Origin: Methanothrix sp.
Lineage (GTDB): Archaea > Halobacteriota > Methanosarcinia > Methanotrichales > Methanotrichaceae
Assembly: GCA_037128175.1 (NCBI GenBank)
Contig: JBAXWY010000058.1
Location: 1 to 14,769, forward strand
DNA length: 14,769 bases
Direction: 5' to 3'
Below are positions 7,653-14,769 of this stretch, in pieces. Position numbers and translations under genes: made by a program. The notes beneath the pieces are model-generated. The model searched no databases. It saw only the letters and a program-made list of their open reading frames with translations, and was not told the DNA's origin. Each line of letters begins with the position of its first letter. Position 1 is the stretch's first letter.

Positions 7653-9353
7653 ATGAAGCTGACGAGCCGAAATATAAATATGAATTGGAAAAAGCAATAT
7701 GCAGGTGTGGAGATCCTTAGACGTTTATGGAGTCTATTTGAGAATATGAAAAGAGGTTTGCAAAGGACTATGCTTCCACATGCAATTGAGATATTCAAAA
7801 TAGATTTATTTTCACCATATTATCTATTTCCGAGTATATATATTTTGTATTTTACATTTGGATGTATTAAGTTAACAAACCTACCATATCCATCACGCGA
7901 GTCTATTATATTTATTATTATTGGCATTATATTTTATTTTATAGGTGCATGTGTCTCAACGAGAGCGTTTAAGCGTAACGATTTTCTTTATTGCCAATGT
8001 CAAAAGAGTTCAAATATTGGAAAATTAATTCTCGCGTTTATTTCAATATCTATATTTGGTGCAATTATCGCCATGACAATACAAACCATTTTTTATGGAG
8101 TGCCACTATTAGATCCGAGCATACGCCTAGCCATGTCTCCCAAAATATTATCTGCTATTATTATATTACCATTATCATTAAATTATTATTTATCGATTAA
8201 ATTAAATGAAGCGATTAGTGATAGGATGAAAATATTATATATCGTTCTCATTTTCGCAATAGGCATAATCACTTCATTATTTACTGCATATAGAATTCTT
8301 GTTGTAGTTTTCCTTCTAACATTTATAGTAATAATAAACGTCTCTTTTAGAAGGATTAAACTAATTTATCTCTCAATCGCAGGATTCATTTTAGGATTAA
8401 TTATCGTTGGGCTTCAACAATATCGCCTTCAAAAAACAATTGGTTCCTCTTCGTTTGATTATCTTAACCCCCACGGATATCCAAACATCCTTATTGCAGC
8501 ACACTTGCCATGTCATGAAGGAGCAACGGTATTTTCGGATATCGTGCGTTTATTTCCCGTCAGCGGATGGCTTCATGGCCAATTTTTCCGAATGAGCTTG
8601 GAAGTAATCAAGCCCGGAATTCAATTAGGACCAAGTAGTTTTATATCGCTGGTTCGGGGAACAAATCTGGAAAGTGGAACTACAGCCAGTATTCTTGGAG
8701 GTCCATACCTGGATTTCGGCTTTTTTGGGATTACGGTATTCATGTTTTTGGTTGGTTTTGCATTGATGTTGCTTTATAATAATATGAAATGCACGAAAAC
8801 CGATGCGTTTTGTGATAGTGTCGGAGTTATATCTTACGCATATTCATTGGCGATTTTTATTGTTTCAATTCATGTAGATCTATTTTCTAGCACTATATTA
8901 ATGGCGTCATTATTTTTCGTTATATTTCTACAGATTATCGTAAGCAAATGGTACAAGAATTGGAAAATATTAGCAATTACCGGACTGATTATTATTAGTG
9001 CCTTTGCCATAATTTTAACCCCGAATATATTCAATGAGACAGGAATTGAGTCCTCTGCCATAAAATTTTGCTCCACGAATTTGAATAATGACGAAATGAT
9101 TCTTGTAGACAAATATTCGGCAAGAACAGGACTTACATTCAAAAATAATATATTTAGTCCTATTGATTATTATTCAACTAATTCGAATATGTGGAATATA
9201 CTAAAAAATCATAATAATATAAATATAAAATACATTTTTTTGAATAAACACGCACCGATTTTAAAAAGCAAACTGCCAGAAGAGATCAACGATATCGCCA
9301 TAAACAATATATATGCCAGCGATGACATTAATATATATGATATGAACTATTAA
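7653..9353 (+). CDS. Oligosaccharide repeat-unit polymerase (Wzy-like) with additional C-terminal soluble domain
   Basis: Roughly 11-12 hydrophobic segments with GVPLLDPSIR, FTAYR and TTASILGGPYLDFGFFG, as in archaeal O-antigen-polymerase-like proteins. It sits next to a flippase. The true start may be a later Met. Confidence 0.72.
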   Translation: MKLTSRNINMNWKKQYAGVEILRRLWSLFENMKRGLQRTMLPHAIEIFKIDLFSPYYLFPSIYILYFTFGCIKLTNLPYPSRESIIFIIIGIIFYFIGACVSTRAFKRNDFLYCQCQKSSNIGKLILAFISISIFGAIIAMTIQTIFYGVPLLDPSIRLAMSPKILSAIIILPLSLNYYLSIKLNEAISDRMKILYIVLIFAIGIITSLFTAYRILVVVFLLTFIVIINVSFRRIKLIYLSIAGFILGLIIVGLQQYRLQKTIGSSSFDYLNPHGYPNILIAAHLPCHEGATVFSDIVRLFPVSGWLHGQFFRMSLEVIKPGIQLGPSSFISLVRGTNLESGTTASILGGPYLDFGFFGITVFMFLVGFALMLLYNNMKCTKTDAFCDSVGVISYAYSLAIFIVSIHVDLFSSTILMASLFFVIFLQIIVSKWYKNWKILAITGLIIISAFAIILTPNIFNETGIESSAIKFCSTNLNNDEMILVDKYSARTGLTFKNNIFSPIDYYSTNSNMWNILKNHNNINIKYIFLNKHAPILKSKLPEEINDIAINNIYASDDINIYDMNY

Positions 9354-9372
9354 TTTATAGTGGATGTAAATT

Positions 9373-10785
9373 ATGTTTAGCAAACAAATAATGATTAAAA
9401 ATACTATTCTCACAGGACTCGCGCTTGCCTTTACAGGACTGACTCGAGTAATTTACAGCATTGCGGTTGCAAAAAGCTTTAATGCAGATATCCTGGGTCA
9501 AATGAATTTAATCATTTCCATTACCATGCTGCTTTCTTTGGCCATCTCAATAATAACGGAAAGCTCCGCTACAAAATTCTTGAGCGAATTTCCCTCAGAT
9601 AGTGATAGGAAAAACACTTTTGCTTTGCTTTTGCGGTGGCTGCTGATTGGATCATTGATTCTAATAGTTGCGACTTATTCTTTGCAGAATTACATGCTGC
9701 AATATATCAAAATAGACAAAAGCATATTTATGATCAGTCTTCCGCTTATATTATTAATATCAGCTCACCATTTTTGTAGGGGCTGCTTTTACGGCCTCAA
9801 TGCTATCGATAAATATCTTAAGTTAGAACTTGTTTCTGCTGCGCTTTTTTTTCTGGTCCTTGGGGCAGACATATTCGTATGGAGACAGAATTTGCTGTGG
9901 CCATTTCTGGCATACTATCTTCTATTCACCTTATTGGGCGTAGTTAGCTTAAAAGAATACTTTCGGCCTTCAAAGAAGTCATTTGCTTTAAGTAGATATA
10001 TTGGGATCTATGGCATCATCGCTGCGATTGGAACATTAGCCAGCACATCCAAGGCATATATAGCCAATATATCAATTGGAATTTATCTATCTCCTGAACA
10101 GGTTGGGTTTTATTCGGCTGCCATATCAATAACAACGATTCTTATGTACGCGCCAACAATCCTTGGACGTGTCCTTCTTCCTACCATATCTTCTTCGTAT
10201 GGAGCTGGCGATGTTCATACAATCAAGAAATTACTGGATATTACAACAGTATGGCTCTCCATGGCAGTATTCTTCTTGGGTGGCATATTAATCATTTTAT
10301 CTAAAGAAATACTTATCTTACTATTTACACCCGCGTTCAAAGAAGCAGCTTTTTCACTCCAAACGCTAATATTGGATTTATGTCTTGCTACCATGGTTTT
10401 GCCCGCCGTCAGCGCTTTAGTTGGAACAAAGTACGTTAGAATCCCAGCATTCGCCGCCATTTTTGGTACTTTAGTGAGCATAGCTGTTTGGCCCTACCTC
10501 ATACCAACGTTTGGGATCGACGGTGCTGCAGCAGGTTACATCATAGGAACTATCGTGTGCACAATAGTTCCTCTGTTTTACGCTAAAAAGTACTTCGACA
10601 TGGATCTGAGAAAGCTTAGTTTCATGATTTTGCTTTCGCTTTTCCTATTTGGCTTTGCTACGGCGATAGGTCATTACGCAAAATACTCCTGCTGGATAAC
10701 TGCGTTCATATTTGCAGCGTTATTCTTAATAACTTTAAGAAAGGACCTTAGCGTGATATTTTATGAGCTTAAAAAGAATTTATAA
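9373..10785 (+). CDS. wzx: Polysaccharide/oligosaccharide flippase (Wzx/RfbX, MOP superfamily)
   Basis: 470 aa with about 14 hydrophobic segments. Motifs: IKNT, LSPEQVGFYSAA, VLLPTISSSY, LIPTFGIDGAAAG. Confidence 0.85.
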   Translation: MFSKQIMIKNTILTGLALAFTGLTRVIYSIAVAKSFNADILGQMNLIISITMLLSLAISIITESSATKFLSEFPSDSDRKNTFALLLRWLLIGSLILIVATYSLQNYMLQYIKIDKSIFMISLPLILLISAHHFCRGCFYGLNAIDKYLKLELVSAALFFLVLGADIFVWRQNLLWPFLAYYLLFTLLGVVSLKEYFRPSKKSFALSRYIGIYGIIAAIGTLASTSKAYIANISIGIYLSPEQVGFYSAAISITTILMYAPTILGRVLLPTISSSYGAGDVHTIKKLLDITTVWLSMAVFFLGGILIILSKEILILLFTPAFKEAAFSLQTLILDLCLATMVLPAVSALVGTKYVRIPAFAAIFGTLVSIAVWPYLIPTFGIDGAAAGYIIGTIVCTIVPLFYAKKYFDMDLRKLSFMILLSLFLFGFATAIGHYAKYSCWITAFIFAALFLITLRKDLSVIFYELKKNL

Positions 10786-10802
10786 CAAGTATGACAATCC
10801 AT

Positions 10803-10838
10803 AAAAAAGTAGTCGGCTATTTTTGGTATAAAATAGCC
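10803..10838 (-). terminator. Hairpin plus T-tract between convergent wzx and helicase genes
   Basis: Perfect 9-bp stem GGCTATTTT (10815-10823) / AAAATAGCC (10830-10838) with a 6-nt loop. It is followed on the - strand by T6 (10803-10808). Confidence 0.6.
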
Positions 10839-10871
10839 TCAACCCGGATTTTCCAGTCTTTTTCAACCTAA

Positions 10872-12137
10872 CTAGCGTCGCCTGACAGGATACGGCTTTC
10901 TGGGTGCTGATTTGTGCGCGCTCTCCTGTCTGGACCCTCTGGCCGTGGCCCTCCCTCGATAGGAATTGGCAGACTCGGCTGCGGCCCCCACGGCCATCTT
11001 TGCCGTTTCGGAATGGTACTGGTGCTCCATGACTGCTACTTTCGTCCGTATCAGCCGTTCAATGCTGCGCAGGAAATTGCGTTCATCTGCAGCGCAAAAC
11101 GAATATGCTTTGCCATCCGCCCCGGCACGCCCCGTGCGACCGATGCGATGGATATAGCTCTCCGGCTCGTTGGGCAGATCGAAGTTAATCACATGGGATA
11201 TTTCATCAACGTCAATTCCCCTCGCGGCAATATCCGTTGCCACAAGTACCCGCAAGCGGCCGGATTTGAAATCATGCATGGCCTTGGTGCGCTGGTTTTG
11301 CGACTTGTTGCCGTGAATGGCATCTGCGTTGATCCTGCTCTTGTTGAGCGCCTCAGCGATCTTATCCGCCCGGTGCTTGGTTCGGGAGAAGATCAGGACG
11401 CGTTCCATATCTTCATCTACGATAAGCCTCTGCAATAGCGGAAACTTATTGTTTTGATCCACAAAGAAAACGCTCTGCTTGATGCACTCGAGAGTGCTGG
11501 CCTGGGGAGTGACCTCGATGCGTACGGGATCGGTGAGAAGCTTTTCTGCAAACTCGCCTGTCTCCCGGGACACTGTGGCCGAGAAGAAAAGCGATTGATG
11601 CTTTGGCGGCAGAGCTGCGACTATCCTTTTCATATCCTTGATGAAACCCATGTCAAGCATGCGGTCTATCTCATCCAGGACGAAGAACTCTACGCCCCTC
11701 AGCATAATGTAGCCCTGATTCATCAGGTCGAGCAGCCGGCCGGGTGTGGCAACCAGGACATCGACGCCTTGAGAAAGCATCTTGACCTGTGGCCCTTGAC
11801 GAACCCCACCGAATACGACTGTATGCCGGAAACGCATAAACTGGCCGTATGTGGCAAAGCTCTGGTCTATCTGTGCGGCCAGTTCTCTGGTAGGTGCGAT
11901 AATCAGAGCGCGCGGAACTCCGGGGGGGGAGGGCCTGTGCTGTTCTGATATCTTTTGCAATATGGGCAGCACGAATGCTGCGGTCTTGCCTGTGCCTGTC
12001 TGAGCGATGCCCATCAGGTCTTTTCCATTCAAAAGATGGGGTATAGCCAGCGTCTGTATGGGAGTCGGTGCAGTGTATCCTTCCTTGGCCAATGCTCGGC
12101 AAAGCGGATCTATGATATTTAAATTTCCAAATGACAT
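10872..12137 (-). CDS. rhlE: ATP-dependent DEAD-box RNA helicase (RhlE-like)
   Basis: Q motif (GYTAPTPIQ), AQTGTGKT, PTRELA, GG, TPGRL, DEID, SAT, TDIAARGID, YIHRIGRTGRAG, and a basic C-terminal tail. Confidence 0.95.
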   Translation of the reverse strand: MSFGNLNIIDPLCRALAKEGYTAPTPIQTLAIPHLLNGKDLMGIAQTGTGKTAAFVLPILQKISEQHRPSPPGVPRALIIAPTRELAAQIDQSFATYGQFMRFRHTVVFGGVRQGPQVKMLSQGVDVLVATPGRLLDLMNQGYIMLRGVEFFVLDEIDRMLDMGFIKDMKRIVAALPPKHQSLFFSATVSRETGEFAEKLLTDPVRIEVTPQASTLECIKQSVFFVDQNNKFPLLQRLIVDEDMERVLIFSRTKHRADKIAEALNKSRINADAIHGNKSQNQRTKAMHDFKSGRLRVLVATDIAARGIDVDEISHVINFDLPNEPESYIHRIGRTGRAGADGKAYSFCAADERNFLRSIERLIRTKVAVMEHQYHSETAKMAVGAAAESANSYRGRATARGSRQESAHKSAPRKPYPVRRR

Positions 12138-12287
12138 TCTTGCCTCTAGATAATTCTAAGTTTCGACCTTCGATTTGGTTGAAGTCCTTTGATGTGGATC
12201 CGAAAAGAAACTGGTTGAGTCGTATCTGTTGTCTCTTAATACGGAGAGATACTTCAACCGGCTGCAGAGGCACTTGGGGAAGAATGC
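12134..12287 (-). promoter_or_regulatory. Structured 5' leader of the helicase gene, able to sequester RBS and start codon
   Basis: Complementary segments: 12135-12140 with 12281-12286, and 12141-12147 with 12266-12272. Internal hairpins lie at 12211-12261 and 12165-12186. Confidence 0.55.
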
Positions 12288-12351
12288 TACTTTGTTAAAA
12301 CGAAATGACAATAATATTATAATCAAATCCTTTTAATATCGCCTTGATTGC

Positions 12352-12522
12352 TTAGCAGGCCTTTCGCCTGTGCTTTTGGCAAGCATTCCTGGGAATATGC
12401 AGGCCTGGATCCTTTTTTTCAGGGAAAGGTGTCACGGTACCACGTCCCAAATCGGAACATGCCACGTCTGTCGTCTCTCCTGGACCAATATTCAAGCCGT
12501 CTCTGCCATTTCCAAATCTCAT
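12352..12522 (-). pseudogene. Degenerate CxxC-x17-CxxC small zinc-ribbon protein gene (56-codon ORF, below the ORF-track cutoff)
   Basis: Translates as MRFGNGRDGLNIGPGETTDVACSDLGRGTVTPFPEKK. The -1 frame continues GSRPAYSQECLPK, and the 0 frame resumes KHRRK. Together these resemble the family pattern GPRE...CSDCG..T.VPF.P..GRPVYC.ECLPKHR with two Cys lost. Confidence 0.62.
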
Positions 12523-12686
12523 TTTTTCTATTTATCCTTTATATCGATTCCAAAGAACCGATCGGTGCTCGCAAAAACATCTCAACAGCTTTTTTGAATC
12601 AATGCAAATGAAGCCTATTAACGAGGTGCACTTTAGTCTATATACCTGTCGGTCAAATATCTGCCCGTTAAATCTTCTTGATCTTC

Positions 12687-12711
12687 AAAAAAATCGCCAT
12701 TTAATTGATGG
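12687..12711 (-). terminator. T7 tract with weak hairpin downstream of the tRNA 3' end
   Basis: The - strand reads CCATcaattaaATGGcgaTTTTTTT starting 7 nt after the tRNA discriminator. Confidence 0.4.
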
Positions 12712-12717
12712 TTTTTA

Positions 12718-12791
12718 TGCGGGATACGGGATTCGAACCCGCGAACTCCTGCGAGACAGGATCTTAAGTCCTGCGCCTTTAACCACGCTTG
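12718..12791 (-). tRNA. tRNA-Leu(TAA), 5'-truncated (pseudo-tRNA / att-site copy)
   Basis: The - strand reads CAAGCGTGGTTAAAGGCG-CAGGA CTTAAGA TCCTG-TCTCGCAGGAGTTC-GCGGG TTCGAAT CCCGT-ATCCCGC-A. The anticodon TAA is at 12764-12766, with a long variable arm and intact T arm. The 5' acceptor strand (expected GCGGGAT) is absent and replaced by ATCATCTCTGAG. Confidence 0.88.
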
Positions 12792-12916
12792 CTCAGAGAT
12801 GATAAGATCTCTTCGCTGCGCTCCGATTTTAGCCCAATTTCAGTGCCGCTTCTACATTAAAATTGATGTTTCGAATATAAATACTTTCTCGACACCTTAA
12901 TCTTAATCCTGTCACC

Positions 12917-13300
12917 TGAAAATCCCAAGCCTCCTCCCAGCAGCCTCTCATAATACTCAGCATCAAACTCCGAATCATCCCTTTCAGTATCCTCTTCCCA
13001 CTTTTTGGCATCCCTCATCACATATCCGACCTCGATTCCCGGAGCCAACTGCAACCTTGCATCTGACAAGCCTTAACATCCGAAGTTCCTGCACATCTTC
13101 GCGAATAGTTCACCCTGCTCAACCTGCGCTGGATGGCAAGATCCCTTACATCCGCGCCCACAAGCTCCAGCATGTACCAGGACTTCGAACAACTCCGGTT
13201 GCATCCGGCGCACATATTCAGGTGTGTCACCTTTGCGAGCCATAACACCCCGAATCTTCATCTTACCTGTGTCAAGTCTGCAAAATTGCGGTTGAAGTCC
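12917..13300 (-). pseudogene. Frameshifted C-terminal remnant of a family B DNA polymerase (PolB2/PolII-like)
   Basis: Pieces in different frames join into a PolB palm/thumb end: FNRNF / RLDTGKMKIRGVMARKGDTPEYVRRMQPELFEVL / ADVRDLAIQRRLSRVNYSRRC / LAPGIEVGYVMRDAKKWE...EFDAEYYERLL / WEEA. Boundaries are approximate. Confidence 0.72.
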
Positions 13301-13381
13301 ATTGAGGCGTCGCCAATGAATCCCTGAGATTTCTGGGTCAAATGATAAGAAAGAAGTACATTTAGGTAGAAGACAACGCAT

Positions 13382-14449
13382 ATGGATCTATTCACTCAGT
13401 ACGAATTAGGTAGTTTCAGACTTTCGAACCGCATGGTTATGGCACCAATGACCCGTTGTCGCGCGATTGAAGGGAATATCCCCAATCCGTTATCCATTAC
13501 GTATTACGTACAGAGATCCCAAGCAGGTCTAATTATCACGGAAGGATCGCAAGTTAGCTCTCAAGGAGTTGGCTACATTCGTACCCCTGGAATCTATTCC
13601 TCTGAGCAGGTTGCAGGTTGGAGAAAAGTGACTGACGCGGTTCACCAATCAGGAAGCAAGATTTTCCTTCAACTCTGGCATGTAGGAAGGGTATCACATC
13701 CTGATTTTCTCAGTGGAGAACTACCTGTTGCACCTTCTGCACTTCCCGTTGAAGGCGACATCCATACTCCATTTGGCAAGAAGAAAATGGAGATACCACG
13801 TGCTCTTGAACTCGAAGAGATACCAAGTATCATCAATCAATTTAGAAGAGGAGCCGTGAACGCAAAAGCGGCTGGTTTTGACGGCGTCGAAATACATGGA
13901 GCCAATGGCTATTTGCTTGATCAATTCTTGAGAGACGGTTCAAACCACAGAACAGATCAATATGGTGGTAGTTTGCATAATCGAGCGCGTCTTCCGCTTG
14001 AAGTCGTTGAAGCTGTTATTGATGTATTTGGTGCAGAAAGGGTTGGATATAGAATTTCACCCCACTTCCAAAATTATTCAATGAATGATTCGAATCCACA
14101 TGAAACCTTTTGCTATTTTGCAGAGGAACTAAGCCGCTTTAACCTTGGATTTCTTCATATGATAGAGCGCGTTGGAGAACCGATGCGTGTAGCACCTGGG
14201 GCACAATTTGCCTCGATTATTCGCAGCATATTTAATAGAACTTTTATATTAAATGGAGGCTATGACGCAGATAAAGGAAATGCTACGATTCAAAAAAGTG
14301 AAGCTGACCTTATCTCCTATGGCTCCCTTTTCTTGGCAAATCCAGACCTGCCTGAACGCTTCAGGAAGAACGCTCCGCTTAATACCCCCGACATAACGAC
14401 CTTTTATGCAGGTGAAGAAAGAGGCTATATCGACTACCCGGTATTGTAA
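13382..14449 (+). CDS. nemA: Old Yellow Enzyme family FMN-dependent alkene reductase (N-ethylmaleimide reductase-like)
   Basis: Motifs: NRMVMAPMTRCRA, YYVQRS..GLIITEG, QLWHVGRVSH, GFDGVEIHGANGYLLDQF (catalytic H/N/Y), RTDQYGGS..NRAR, ANPDLPER, GYIDYP. Confidence 0.95.
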   Translation: MDLFTQYELGSFRLSNRMVMAPMTRCRAIEGNIPNPLSITYYVQRSQAGLIITEGSQVSSQGVGYIRTPGIYSSEQVAGWRKVTDAVHQSGSKIFLQLWHVGRVSHPDFLSGELPVAPSALPVEGDIHTPFGKKKMEIPRALELEEIPSIINQFRRGAVNAKAAGFDGVEIHGANGYLLDQFLRDGSNHRTDQYGGSLHNRARLPLEVVEAVIDVFGAERVGYRISPHFQNYSMNDSNPHETFCYFAEELSRFNLGFLHMIERVGEPMRVAPGAQFASIIRSIFNRTFILNGGYDADKGNATIQKSEADLISYGSLFLANPDLPERFRKNAPLNTPDITTFYAGEERGYIDYPVL

Positions 14450-14502
14450 CTGATAAGAGACTTGACTACTTCAGGACAAAATCTGTAAAAAGTCTACAAA
14501 CC

Positions 14503-14548
14503 CCCCTTGATAATACCTTTAATTATAAGGGGAAATGTTTACTTTTTT
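14503..14548 (+). terminator. Putative terminator after the OYE gene
   Basis: Stem CCCCTT(G)ATAAT (14503-14514) / ATTATAAGGGG (14522-14532), followed by TTTACTTTTTT. Confidence 0.45.
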
Positions 14549-14665
14549 CGGATTTCTTAGTTCCAATGGCATTTGAATCATGTCTGCGAGCAAGCACTGA
14601 TGATATCGACCAAAATTCAGATCAGGGATAAAGAAAGAAAAACTGGCTAACTGGTTATCGATTTT

Positions 14666-14767
14666 TCACTTTAGTTTTACGCTTGCTTCGGATGATTCAA
14701 CAATAATTTGCACTGGTTCAATCTTTATGTTAGATGTTGCGATAGCTGTACCACCTGGCACGGTATT
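14666..14767 (-). CDS. Possible 3' end of a gene entering from beyond the window
   Basis: An open frame runs from the edge: NTVPGGTAIATSNIKIEPVQIIVESSEASVKLK-stop. It is only 33 codons and I recognise no family. Confidence 0.3.
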   Translation of the reverse strand, partial: NTVPGGTAIATSNIKIEPVQIIVESSEASVKLK

Positions 14768-14769
14768 AA

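Noticed and set aside
10914-11948. Long + strand ORFs (174 aa, 164 aa) and the 200-aa alternate-frame ORF 11671-12273
   Set aside because: They are shadows of the GC-rich helicase gene and have no recognisable motifs.
12348-12802. + strand ORFs 12348-12611, 12370-12597 and 12602-12802
   Set aside because: They are antisense to the degenerate CxxC-x17-CxxC gene and the tRNA, which explain the sequence better.
12829-13381. Four short - strand ORFs and two + strand ORFs as separate genes
   Set aside because: The - strand ORFs are frame pieces of one polB remnant, and the + strand ORFs are antisense to it.
1-14769. CRISPR array, rRNA, intact transposase or integrase
   Set aside because: I saw no regularly spaced repeats, rRNA-like sequence or recombinase motifs on reading the window.

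Overview
This looks like an archaeal window, probably from a methanogen (Methanothrix-like is an inference from gene content only). On the + strand it opens with the tail of a SynChlorMet-type radical SAM/SPASM cassette. The scmE-like gene is 5'-truncated at a CTAG junction, and the scmF-like gene is intact. Next come a 120-bp MITE with TTA target duplications and a DUF1616-like membrane-anchored protein. A surface-glycan operon follows: AglH-type GlcNAc-1-P transferase, DUF354, UDP-GlcNAc 2-epimerase, GT4 glycosyltransferase, a Wzy-like polymerase with an extra C-terminal domain, and a Wzx flippase. On the - strand, converging with the operon, is an RhlE-like DEAD-box helicase (motif II reads DEID) whose ~150-nt leader can fold over its own RBS and start codon. 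Upstream of it are a degenerate CxxC-x17-CxxC small gene missed by the ORF track, a 5'-truncated tRNA-Leu(TAA) that resembles an integration scar, and a frameshifted family-B DNA polymerase remnant. The window ends with an Old Yellow Enzyme gene on the + strand. All family assignments come from motif recognition, not database searches.
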